Below are positions 1 to 10,706 of a stretch of 64,000 nucleotides of DNA, piece after piece. The position numbers and the translations under genes are program-made. Under the pieces are notes generated by a model. The model saw nothing but the letters and a program-made list of their open reading frames with translations. It was not told the DNA's origin and searched no databases. This DNA is from Candidatus Woesebacteria bacterium (lineage in GTDB: Bacteria > Patescibacteriota > Microgenomatia > UBA8517): positions 74,447-138,446 of the forward strand of contig CP055307.1 in the NCBI GenBank assembly GCA_013374835.1, written 5' to 3'. The number at the start of each line of letters is the position of its first letter. Within the stretch, counting starts at the first letter, position 1.

Positions 1-2
1 AA

Positions 3-1634
3 GGAGGGGGTAAAAATGAGGAAGGAAAATATCTTGTCCATCCGGACTCATCTATTATAAAAGAGAAAATTTCTTACCCGGGATTTTATACCTCTATCCG
101 ACTAGCGTCGAATTCGAAAAAAACCCTAACAGAATTAACCAGTGCTTTTGGTGTTTTTGCCAGAAGCGACGGAAATTCGTTTGTTACACGAGGCAAAAGC
201 ATTCTTTCTTCCCCAAAAAAGGAGCTGTCTAATTTGCTTCAGCGCAGCTTAAGCGAGCGGCAAATACTAAACACAGAAGAGCTTGCGACGATTTGGCACC
301 TTCCTAGCGAAAAGATAAAAGTGCCCTCGATACTCTGGGGAACTTCCGTACTATCCGAGGCACCTGAGAATCTTCCTGTAGCACAAAATGCAAGCGATCA
401 AGAGAAATTAAAAATTAATTTTTTTGCAAAAACAATGTATAAAAACTCCGAGCAAATATTCGGAATACGCGAGACGGATAGAAGAAGGCATGTTTGGGTG
501 GTCGGTAAAACGGGTACCGGCAAATCTACTCTTATTCAGAATATGGCGATAGATGACTTTAAAAAGAGCCGCGGCATAGGAATAATTGACCCGCATGGAG
601 ATACCTGTGAAATGATACTTGACTATATACCTTCGCACAGGATAAATGATACCGTTTATTTTAACCCTGCGGACCGGGATTATCCTATTTCCATTAACCC
701 CCTTGAGGTAACAAACCGTGAAGAGGCGGAGCTTGTCGTATCTGGATTAATGTCGATTTTTACAAAGGTGTGGGCGAATGTCTGGTCTGCACGTATGGAG
801 TATATTTTGAGAAACTCGTTTCTTACACTGTCTCATGTCGAAAATACAACTTTGGCAGATGTATTAAAGCTTCTTTCCGACAAAGGATACAGAGACAAAA
901 TTCTTGAAAAGGTAAATGACGCCAGTTTGATACATTTTTGGAAAATGGAATTTGACAGAATGCCCGAAAACCTTCAAAAAGAAGCTATTGCGCCAATTCA
1001 AAACAAAGTCGGACAATTTGTTACCTCTCCCCTGATTAGAAGAATTATCGGCAATCCAAAAAGCACGATACAGATTGATGAAATCATAAATTCCGGCAAG
1101 ATATTTATGGCAAATCTCTCCCAAGGAAGACTTGGAGAGGACAATTCTTCCCTTCTTGGGGCAATGCTTATTACCAAATTCCAGCTTGCTTCGATGAGGC
1201 GCGTTGATACACCTGAAGAAAAGCGGCGCGATTTTTATCTTTATGTTGACGAGTTTCAAAATTTTGCTACAGACTCTTTTATCAAAATACTTTCCGAAGC
1301 GAGAAAATATAGGCTTAACCTGATGCTTGCAAATCAATATATGGCACAGATACCCGAAAGCGTGCAAAAGGCCATTCTCGGAAACGTGGGTACGATTATT
1401 TCCTTTTCCGTAGGCGCTGAAGATGCGGGTATAATCCACAAGGAATTTGCGGAGGTTTTTAGTGAAAATGATTTGGTTAATTTATCCAACTTTCAGATTG
1501 CCATTAAGCTAATGGTTAACGGCGAATCTGCAATGCCTTTTTTGGCAAACACGCTTCCACTTCCTATATCAAGGAATAATAACCGCGAAAAGGTGCTTCG
1601 TGTTTCAAGAGAGCGTTGGGGTAAAAAATCTTAA
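3..1634 (+). CDS. VirD4/TraG/TrwB-like type IV secretion coupling ATPase (5'-truncated by window edge)
   Basis: Frame is open from base 3. Walker A GKTGTGKS, IDPHGD, Walker B LYVDEFQ and EARKY...ANQ motifs are typical of coupling proteins. Confidence 0.85.
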   Translation, partial: GGGKNEEGKYLVHPDSSIIKEKISYPGFYTSIRLASNSKKTLTELTSAFGVFARSDGNSFVTRGKSILSSPKKELSNLLQRSLSERQILNTEELATIWHLPSEKIKVPSILWGTSVLSEAPENLPVAQNASDQEKLKINFFAKTMYKNSEQIFGIRETDRRRHVWVVGKTGTGKSTLIQNMAIDDFKKSRGIGIIDPHGDTCEMILDYIPSHRINDTVYFNPADRDYPISINPLEVTNREEAELVVSGLMSIFTKVWANVWSARMEYILRNSFLTLSHVENTTLADVLKLLSDKGYRDKILEKVNDASLIHFWKMEFDRMPENLQKEAIAPIQNKVGQFVTSPLIRRIIGNPKSTIQIDEIINSGKIFMANLSQGRLGEDNSSLLGAMLITKFQLASMRRVDTPEEKRRDFYLYVDEFQNFATDSFIKILSEARKYRLNLMLANQYMAQIPESVQKAILGNVGTIISFSVGAEDAGIIHKEFAEVFSENDLVNLSNFQIAIKLMVNGESAMPFLANTLPLPISRNNNREKVLRVSRERWGKKS

Positions 1635-2720
1635 TGAATTAAGGACAGATTCGAATATTTGTTCATTCTCCCGAGATAAATCATCATACCAGAGGATTTG
1701 AATGATTTTATTTTTGTACCAGATTACTACAAAACTATGCCAGTATCCATTGAATTGACCTTTAAGAATATATGCCGTGCCTCCGCCAAAATTTCTTAAA
1801 TCTACGCTCGGGGTAATTTTCCATCCGGCCAAGCTTCTTGTTGAAGAAATAAATTCTTGAGCTGTGAGGCTTGCTTGGTTTACCTCTTGGGATTCTATTG
1901 TAAGAGTTTGGAACTTTTCTTCATTGATATCTTTTTTTACTACCAATTTAACATCGCTCTTGCTTGCGATTTGCCAATTTTCCGGATATTTAAATGAGAA
2001 TCCGAATCTTTTGTTTGTATATTCTTCCCAGTTTTTAGTAATATCTTTATTAAATTTTAAAGTCTCAAGGAGAGCATCAATAAGGGATTTACCTTGAGAC
2101 TCCTTTGTTTCGATTAAAAAGTATTTTTTGTCTTTTGAAAAGGTGACTGAAATTTGGGGCGGATCATTCTTTAGGGCCTGAATTACAGCTTCTTCGTCGT
2201 CTATTTTTGTAATAGTTTCATCGGGATTTTTTTCAAAATCTATCCTTGGATAAAAATTAAAGCTTGAGTATTTTAGTGTAACTAAATAGGAGCCGGGTTT
2301 ATTGCAGGTTGCTTCTTCGTTTCTTGGTCTATAAAAAAATATTTCTTCTTCACATTCAAGCAAAGAGACGTCTTCTGGATACTCAAAGCTTATCTCAAAG
2401 GAATTGCTTAAAAAGAGTTTGTTTTTGAGTACCGGCCTGAGCGTAGGAATAGGGGTTGCCGGAGAAAGTGCCGGTGGCAGCGAATAAGACATAGGTACTT
2501 GTGTTTTTTGCCTATTAAAAAGCCTGCTTGAGATAAATCCCACTAAAAAAATTGTAAGAAGTATTAATAGCGCCGGGATCAAAAAAAAATATCTTGAGAA
2601 TTTGGGGTTTGGTCTTATATTTTTTTGGAAATTTGTCTCTTGCCTTAGCTCTGTTTGAGGTGAAGGATAGTTGTCAGGCGGCAATTCTTCAGTGGTGATT
2701 CTGGGTCGAGTAGGATCCAT
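1605..2720 (-). CDS. Membrane-anchored protein with PsbP-like extracellular domains
   Basis: One TM helix near aa 45-65. Two copies of a (W)xxYxNxxFGFSFKYP-type motif (FEISFEYP, FGFSFKYPENW). Confidence 0.6.
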   Translation of the reverse strand: MDPTRPRITTEELPPDNYPSPQTELRQETNFQKNIRPNPKFSRYFFLIPALLILLTIFLVGFISSRLFNRQKTQVPMSYSLPPALSPATPIPTLRPVLKNKLFLSNSFEISFEYPEDVSLLECEEEIFFYRPRNEEATCNKPGSYLVTLKYSSFNFYPRIDFEKNPDETITKIDDEEAVIQALKNDPPQISVTFSKDKKYFLIETKESQGKSLIDALLETLKFNKDITKNWEEYTNKRFGFSFKYPENWQIASKSDVKLVVKKDINEEKFQTLTIESQEVNQASLTAQEFISSTRSLAGWKITPSVDLRNFGGGTAYILKGQFNGYWHSFVVIWYKNKIIQILWYDDLSRENEQIFESVLNSLRFFTPTLS

Positions 2721-2749
2721 TATTATTTAATGATAGCAAATACAAAACA

Positions 2750-2779
2750 AAAATCCCAAGTATTAGTACTTGGGATTTT
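2750..2779 (-). terminator. Intrinsic terminator downstream of the 16S gene
   Basis: Perfect 13-bp inverted repeat AAAATCCCAAGTA-ttag-TACTTGGGATTTT, with a T-rich tail on the minus strand. Confidence 0.75.
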
Positions 2780-2911
2780 AATGCTTTTTGAAGATACTTG
2801 ACCTCCAACTAGCGTCTGAAAGCTAAGCCCTGTATCGCCAGGTACTCAATGCGGATGGTGGTTTTAACCCAAAACCACCATCTAAAAGGGGGTGTTTATC
2901 AACACTCCTTA

Positions 2912-4442
<1,531 letters not shown>

Positions 4443-4581
4443 TGACGAATCTTGCTTAAAAACAAGAAGCGCCCAAAGATGCTTTCAGACGTTAGTTGAT
4501 TGTCAAGGTTCAGTTTTCTACCTGGAGTTGTTACCCCCTTCTTTTTCCAAAAAAGAGGGAAGTTAACTTTGTAGTGGAGGT

Positions 4582-4611
4582 ATTATATCAGAGTGTGCAA
4601 TATGTTTTCAA
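4582..4611 (-). promoter_or_regulatory. Sigma70-type promoter of the 16S gene
   Basis: Minus strand TTGAAA-18 nt-TATAAT about 140 nt upstream of the 16S 5' end. Confidence 0.65.
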
Positions 4612-4672
4612 GAGTGATTAAAACATCATTTAGATTAAGTTTGGTATACTATATAGGTTAAGTATCAAACAC

Positions 4673-4745
4673 GGCCCCATCGTCTAGGGGACTAGGACAG
4701 CGGGCTTTCATCCCGCAAACCCGGGTTCGAATCCCGGTGGGGTCA
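4673..4745 (+). tRNA. tRNA-Glu(TTC)
   Basis: Acceptor GGCCCCA/TGGGGTC, anticodon arm GCGGG-CT-TTC-AT-CCCGC, T loop GGTTCGAATCC. CCA not encoded. Confidence 0.95.
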
Positions 4746-4759
4746 CTTAGCTAGACCGA

Positions 4760-5266
4760 TTAAATATCTCGTGATAAATCTCTAAGAGCCGGGTTGATGA
4801 TTTTATCCAACATAAACTGAATCAAAGATTTTTCTGATAGATCGTATCCCAAGTCAGAATCGAAAAAATTCTTGTCGTATTTTGAATTAAAATTTTGATG
4901 AAGCCTTCTGTGGCACCCCATGCAAAGGACGACTCCATTTGCCTGTGAATTTATTCTTTTTTTTACGGCTCTTCTAAAATCACCAAGTATGCCACTAGGA
5001 ATAATGGGCAAAATTTTTTCTTTATACACCTCTTGAAAAAATTTTACATAAGGATCGATTGAATTTTTAGGGCTTTGGTTATCTTTACCGTTTTCCAGGC
5101 TGTCGGGTACGATGTGGTGTACAGTAAGGCTTTTTTGATTACCACACATGGCGCACGAACCCTCTTTTTTTAATATTTCATTCCTAACCGATTGCTCAAA
5201 ACCTGCAGAGCCTATTAGAGCTAGTGCTGTTAATGAAAATGCTTTAATAACGTGCTCACGACTCAC
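4760..5266 (-). CDS. HNH endonuclease-like protein
   Basis: CAMCG...VHHIVP...N...LCMGCHRRLH zinc-binding HNH pattern. Confidence 0.7.
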   Translation of the reverse strand: MSREHVIKAFSLTALALIGSAGFEQSVRNEILKKEGSCAMCGNQKSLTVHHIVPDSLENGKDNQSPKNSIDPYVKFFQEVYKEKILPIIPSGILGDFRRAVKKRINSQANGVVLCMGCHRRLHQNFNSKYDKNFFDSDLGYDLSEKSLIQFMLDKIINPALRDLSRDI

Positions 5267-5378
5267 ATTTCATTATTTAGGTGTTATGGGATAAAAACAA
5301 GAGTTTTTTTATTGCCGATAATGAATTAGAATATAATTTTGCGTTAGCTGTAGGCAGCATAGAGCATGTTGCTTATTG

Positions 5379-5451
5379 TGAGTCGCCTGGGACTCGAACC
5401 CAGAACCCTCAGCTTAAAAGGCTGGTGCTCTGCCAATTGAGCTAGCGACCC
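5379..5451 (-). tRNA. tRNA-Lys(TTT)
   Basis: Minus strand GGGTCGCTAGCTCAATTGGCAGAGCACCAGCC-TTTTAA-GCTGAGGGTTCTGGGTTCGAGTCCCAGGCGACTCA. Confidence 0.95.
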
Positions 5452-5521
5452 ATTTAAAGAACAAGCCTATTTTACCTTAGCAGGGGTGGCTTAATCAACT
5501 TTGATGGATTAACATAAAAAC

Positions 5522-6994
5522 ATGCTTAAGCTAATTCGACAAAATTATATATTATTTGTAATAATTTTACTGGGTTTGTTTTTCAGAATTTTTCGGTTTA
5601 AGGAGCTTTACGGATACGGACATGAGCAGGATCTTCAAGCCTTTATTGCAAAGGATATTTTAGTTGACAAGCATTTCAGACTGATCGGACAGGAAACAAG
5701 TATTACAGGACTTTTTATAGGTCCAATTTATTATTACATAATGGCTTTTTTCTTTTGGATTTTTGGCATGAATCCTTTGTCCTTTGCCATACCAATTACC
5801 TTTATTTCCACGGCTACTTTGGTGAGTGTTTTTTGGATTACTAAAAAGCTTTATGGAAAGGATACTGCTATTCCGGCAAGCATTATTTATGCAGCAAGCT
5901 CGAATATTGCCTTTCTTGACAGATGGATTGTTCCCACTCAGCCCACACTTCTCTGGACTGTATGGTTTTTTTATTGTCTGATGATTATTTTACGAAAAGA
6001 TTACACGGCAATACCCATATTAATAGTGCTTTTCGGCTTAATCTGGCATATTCATATTGCATTTATTCCTTATTTTTTGATTCTTAGTCCACTAGCGTTT
6101 TTTCTTTCCCGGGGATCTTTAAAAAACCTTTTTTCGCATAAACGAGCGGTTTATTTTTCTTTTGGCACATTTATTCTATTTATCACCCCTTTTATCGCTT
6201 TTGAGATAAGGCATGGGTTTGGACAAATAAATGCACTTGCTACGGCTTTTTCTTCCGGAGGAGAATACGCTGAGATTAGAAGCGGGTATTATAAGCTCTA
6301 TGTGATAATTGAGCATATAGACCGCGTGCTTCGGGAGCCTTTTAGCAATATCCGCATATTCCCCTACTCTTTCGCAGGATTTTTCCTACTTGTTTTTGGG
6401 CTTTGGGGTTTAAAAAAAATAACACGGGAGGAGGCGGCAATTTTTATCGCCTGGGTTGTTTTAACAATTGCTGTTCATTTTTTTTCAAAACGTGCAATGA
6501 GTGAATACTATTTTAATAATTTGATAATTTTATCCGTTACTCTTTTTGGGCTTTTTTATTCGTTTGTAATAAAAATCAAAGGACTCCTTTTCCCAGCAGT
6601 TTTTCTTTTGGGATTTTTTGTCCTAATAAACTTTTCGGCGTTAAACCAAAAACAAATACACGGTGAATACAAAGATAAACTTGATGCTGTTACTTTTATT
6701 AAAGAAAGTGTTGAGGAAAACAACTACCCATGCGTCGGGATCAATTATATCGGCGAACTTGGCGTTTCTTATGGATATCGCTATCTTTTTTGGTGGAAGA
6801 AAGTTATCCAAATAGCTCCCGGAAACGATGTTCCTACATACAGCATTGTTCGGCCTTGGACAATTTCGGAAAATGAGGTAAATAAGGTTTTTGGTGATAT
6901 TGGAGTTATTATTCCAAAAAAAATGCAAGTTGATCCTTCTATCTGCATACAAGAGAATAGGCAGCTTCTGCCTTTAAATGGATTTGTGAACTAG
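5522..6994 (+). CDS. GT-C fold membrane glycosyltransferase (ArnT/PMT, GT39/83-like)
   Basis: About 11 TM helices. N-terminal loop FRI...HEQD...LIGQETS...GPIYYY is typical of CPR ArnT-like proteins. Confidence 0.75.
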   Translation: MLKLIRQNYILFVIILLGLFFRIFRFKELYGYGHEQDLQAFIAKDILVDKHFRLIGQETSITGLFIGPIYYYIMAFFFWIFGMNPLSFAIPITFISTATLVSVFWITKKLYGKDTAIPASIIYAASSNIAFLDRWIVPTQPTLLWTVWFFYCLMIILRKDYTAIPILIVLFGLIWHIHIAFIPYFLILSPLAFFLSRGSLKNLFSHKRAVYFSFGTFILFITPFIAFEIRHGFGQINALATAFSSGGEYAEIRSGYYKLYVIIEHIDRVLREPFSNIRIFPYSFAGFFLLVFGLWGLKKITREEAAIFIAWVVLTIAVHFFSKRAMSEYYFNNLIILSVTLFGLFYSFVIKIKGLLFPAVFLLGFFVLINFSALNQKQIHGEYKDKLDAVTFIKESVEENNYPCVGINYIGELGVSYGYRYLFWWKKVIQIAPGNDVPTYSIVRPWTISENEVNKVFGDIGVIIPKKMQVDPSICIQENRQLLPLNGFVN

Positions 6995-7031
6995 ATTAGA
7001 AAAGTACTCGATGGTAAAATAGCGTAAACAT

Positions 7032-7105
7032 TGCCCGGTCGTCTAATGGTAGGACAGCGGCCTTTGGAGCCGTTAATCGGGGTTCGAATCCCTGCCGGGC
7101 AGCCA
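7032..7105 (+). tRNA. tRNA-Gln(TTG)
   Basis: Acceptor TGCCCGG/CCGGGCA, anticodon arm CGGC-CT-TTG-GA-GCCG, encoded CCA. Confidence 0.95.
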
Positions 7106-7298
7106 AGTGATGCACCAATAGGGACAGGTACTCATTAAAATGTACACAGTTCTATGATATTAAGTCACAAGCTTGGCTTATATAATTGAGTGTCAATTTA
7201 AGGGGTACTGTCAGAGTTTATTATCTAAATAACATCTAAACTGTTGATAGGATGAGTTCCTGGTTCTCCAAAAAATAAAAGTCTTCTATACTAATTTT

Positions 7299-9833
7299 AT
7301 GCTTGGGAAAGATAAAACTGACATTAAATTCGCTAAATTGTCATTTGATGAATTGTATCGAGAATTAAACACTTCATACGACGGCTTATCTATAAAAGAA
7401 GCAAATCACCGCTTGAATTTACAAGGAGAAAATATTGTTGATAAGGGCAAGAAAAAATCCGCTTGGCTAGTGTTGATATCTCAATTTAAAAACTGGTTAA
7501 TGGTTGCCCTATTAATAGCTGCGGTTATCGCGTATGCATTGGGCCAACACCTTGAAGTTGGTGTCATCTTCAGCTTGGTGATGCTAAGCGTCATTTTAGG
7601 CTTTTTCCAGGAATATCGAGCAGAAATGGCTTTAGAAAAACTAGCTGAATATATATCCAGAAAATCTAGAGTTAAGAGAGATGGTAAATGGATAGAGGTC
7701 GACAGTGAAAAGCTAGTTGTTGGTGATTTAGTTGAGATTAGAATTGGTGATATAGTGCCTGCTGATCTTCGCCTCATTGAGCTTGATGGACTTTCGGTAA
7801 ATGAATCGACATTAACAGGCGAATCGATGCCTGTATCAAAAACTGTAGACAAAATAAGGGGAGCCGAACCACAACACCCAAAAAACATGGCCTTTATGGG
7901 TACATCAGTTGCTGAGGGTATTGGTAAGGGAATCGTTGTTTCTACTGGATCAGCAACATTATTGGGTAAAACAGCGTCAATTTTGGCCAGACAACCTCAA
8001 GAAACTGAATTTCAGAAACAAACTAAAAAATTTAGCAAGTTTTTATTCAAAGTAATCGTATTGATGACAGCATTTGTATTTATAGTAAACACTGCTCTTG
8101 ACAAGGGTGTTTTAGATTCGTTTCTGTTTGCTTTAGCCCTAGCTGTAGGTATTACTCCAGAACTTCTTCCTGCAATTATGACAATCACGTTATCTCAAGG
8201 GTCTTTGAAAATCGCTAAGAAAAAAGTAATTGTAAAAAGACTCATGTCGGTTGAAGATTTGGGAAACATCGACACGCTTTGTACAGACAAAACAGGCACA
8301 TTGACAAAAGGAGAATTTAGTTTGGTAGGTTATGAGTCACTTGACGGCGGCCAAGATCAAATTTTGGTACTGAAAGCATTATTGTGCACGAGCGGTGAAT
8401 TGGTAGGAGAACAAATTTTAACTACCAACCCAATAGATAAGGCTTTGTGGATGAGTAAGGAAGCGAAATCAATAAAGCATCAACTTAAATCCTTTCAATT
8501 AATTGATGAAAATGAATTTGACTTTTCAAGACGCAGGATGAGTGTTTTAGTTAAAGCAGACAACATAACAACATTAATCGTCAAAGGATCAGTTGAATCG
8601 ATGGTATCTATAGCCAAGGCCAGCGAAGATCAAAAAGAAATGATATTGAGCAAAACAAAAAATCTTGAAAATCAGGGCTATAGAGTAATCGGTATAGGTG
8701 AAAAACTATTAGAAAAGACAACTTCAGAGGTTAACGATGAAGAAAACATTACTTTTTTAGGTTTTTTGCTTTTTAGTGATCCGATAAAGACTACCGCTCT
8801 AAAATCTTTAGAGAAATTGAGGAGATTAGGGGTAAACATAAAGATATTAAGCGGTGATAGTGAAACAGTAACCGCTTATATAGCACGACAGGCTGGATTT
8901 GATGGAGAAAATGAGAAGATTGTTAGTGGTGAAGAATTGTTGGGACTGAGTATTGAAGAATTCGAAAAACGAGTAGCAAATACTACCCTTTTTGCTAGAG
9001 TCACCCCAGAGCAAAAATATAAAATAGTTGAATCTCTTAATAAAGAAGGTCACGTCGTGGGTTTCTTGGGCGACGGTGTTAATGATGCGCCCGCCTTAAG
9101 AGCTGCTGATGTGGGTATTGCGGTAGATAGCGGAGCGATGGTGGCAAAAGAGGCGGCAGATATTATTCTGCTAAGAAAAGATTTGATGGTTTTAGCAGAT
9201 GGTATTGAAGCAGGAAGAAAGACATTTGGTAATATCATGAAATATATCCTAAACACCATCAGCGCCAACTATGGCAATATGTTTACTGTTTCCCTATCCT
9301 CTCTTTTTTTGAAGTTTATTCCGCTACTTCCATCTCAAATATTGCTCAACAACTTTATTAGCGATATTCCACTGTTTGCGGTGGCAACTGATAATGTCGA
9401 CGCAGACTTTGTAAAAAAGCCGAAGAAATGGAATATAGGCACAATTAGCCGTTTTATGCTTTACTTCGGACTGATTAGTTCAATTTTTGACTTTTTGATG
9501 ATTCTGCCGATGGTTTTTATTTGGCATGTTTCAACTGATGTTTTTCGTACTGCGTGGTTTATTGAATCTTCTTTGTCAGAAATACTTGTCACCTTTGCTA
9601 TACGAACAAAACTGCCATTTTACAAGAGCATTCCGAGCTTTTTATTAATAGGATTTAGTTTGTTTTCCAGTCTTGTTGTTATAGGTATGCCACTCACAGT
9701 TTTAGGAGAAACACTGTTCGAATTTTCCATTATGCCATTATCTTTATGGATATGGGTAGGTATTGTAGTTGTCGGTTACTTTGTAGCAGTTGAATTGTCA
9801 AAACGTCGATTTTTTAAAAGATTTGAATTGTAA
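7299..9833 (+). CDS. mgtA: Magnesium-translocating P-type ATPase
   Basis: TGES, AVGITPELLP, phosphorylation site DKTGTLT, GDGVNDAP, and MgtA-type SANYGNMF and QILLNN...TDNVD. Confidence 0.9.
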   Translation: MLGKDKTDIKFAKLSFDELYRELNTSYDGLSIKEANHRLNLQGENIVDKGKKKSAWLVLISQFKNWLMVALLIAAVIAYALGQHLEVGVIFSLVMLSVILGFFQEYRAEMALEKLAEYISRKSRVKRDGKWIEVDSEKLVVGDLVEIRIGDIVPADLRLIELDGLSVNESTLTGESMPVSKTVDKIRGAEPQHPKNMAFMGTSVAEGIGKGIVVSTGSATLLGKTASILARQPQETEFQKQTKKFSKFLFKVIVLMTAFVFIVNTALDKGVLDSFLFALALAVGITPELLPAIMTITLSQGSLKIAKKKVIVKRLMSVEDLGNIDTLCTDKTGTLTKGEFSLVGYESLDGGQDQILVLKALLCTSGELVGEQILTTNPIDKALWMSKEAKSIKHQLKSFQLIDENEFDFSRRRMSVLVKADNITTLIVKGSVESMVSIAKASEDQKEMILSKTKNLENQGYRVIGIGEKLLEKTTSEVNDEENITFLGFLLFSDPIKTTALKSLEKLRRLGVNIKILSGDSETVTAYIARQAGFDGENEKIVSGEELLGLSIEEFEKRVANTTLFARVTPEQKYKIVESLNKEGHVVGFLGDGVNDAPALRAADVGIAVDSGAMVAKEAADIILLRKDLMVLADGIEAGRKTFGNIMKYILNTISANYGNMFTVSLSSLFLKFIPLLPSQILLNNFISDIPLFAVATDNVDADFVKKPKKWNIGTISRFMLYFGLISSIFDFLMILPMVFIWHVSTDVFRTAWFIESSLSEILVTFAIRTKLPFYKSIPSFLLIGFSLFSSLVVIGMPLTVLGETLFEFSIMPLSLWIWVGIVVVGYFVAVELSKRRFFKRFEL

Positions 9834-9916
9834 ACGCGCGTCGGTTAACAATAGCCATTACCGGCTGTATCTTGTCCGTCCTTCCCATAGCTGGCTAATA
9901 AATCTAAACACGTATA

Positions 9917-10054
9917 ATGACCGTGACAAAAATCAAAACAAAGGCAATACTCACTTGTCCGAAATGCCGTGAGAAACAAAAATGTTAAAACGCCTACAAA
10001 TGCATACCAGTATTTTTACAAAAGGGTGATTGTTGCAAGATTTGTGAACCATAA
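9917..10054 (+). pseudogene. Remnant of a GDCCVxC-type small Cys-rich protein
   Basis: Three frames give MTVTKIKTKAILTCPKCREKQ / VKTPTNAYQYFYK / KGDCCKIC. This follows the family pattern TCPxC...MPTDACQFFY...GDCCVxC, with a frameshift and an internal deletion. Confidence 0.6.
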
Positions 10055-10226
10055 AATCTATTTTGACTCAACGAAAAGGTTGTTACAGGAAATGTAGTTA
10101 CAGAATTTTTTTAATATTACTCGTTCCTACAACAGAGATGCTAATATATTTCTAACCCCGCGCTTTTGGAACAAAATCTTCAAAATTGCAAATTACATCT
10201 TTTCTGTTCTACACTAAATTTAAACA

Positions 10227-10706
10227 ATGACCAAAAATGGATTTTCTGTTTTAATAATTTTTTTTGTGATTTCACTAGCTATTGTGATAGCGGGCGCTAC
10301 TGCACTGGCTTTGTATAAAACTCCAGAAACTCCAAAAGTGACACAAAAAACTCCAACACCCACAACAGCTACAACCAACTCAGACCAAGATATTCCACTA
10401 CTTTACAATGGTATAGACTGGAACCAACCAGAAGAAGGGGAAGTTGTTTTCACAAATAAAAACAATGATAGCATCAAAACAAATGCTATTTATGTTCAAT
10501 CACTACCAATCAAAAATTACGACAAGTTTATTGATTACTACACAAACGAACTTGTTAAAAAAGGTTGGCAAGAAACAAGCTATGCTAGTGGGCCAAATGG
10601 TGAATCGTACGACTATGAAAAAGGAGGGAAATACTTCTCTCTCGGAATTTTAGTAGCTTCAAGCGAGCCACTTACATATAAAGCTTTTGTTGCTTACAGT
10701 AAGTAG
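10227..10706 (+). CDS. Hypothetical exported protein
   Basis: MTKNGFS-type N-terminus with a hydrophobic helix, a T/P-rich linker and a small globular domain. Confidence 0.7.
   Translation: MTKNGFSVLIIFFVISLAIVIAGATALALYKTPETPKVTQKTPTPTTATTNSDQDIPLLYNGIDWNQPEEGEVVFTNKNNDSIKTNAIYVQSLPIKNYDKFIDYYTNELVKKGWQETSYASGPNGESYDYEKGGKYFSLGILVASSEPLTYKAFVAYSK

Noticed and set aside
7106-7298. Mg2+ riboswitch or leader peptide upstream of mgtA
   Set aside because: No M-box consensus or Pro-rich leader ORF recognised, and a -10 box sits right before the ATG. A covariance search would be needed to exclude it fully.
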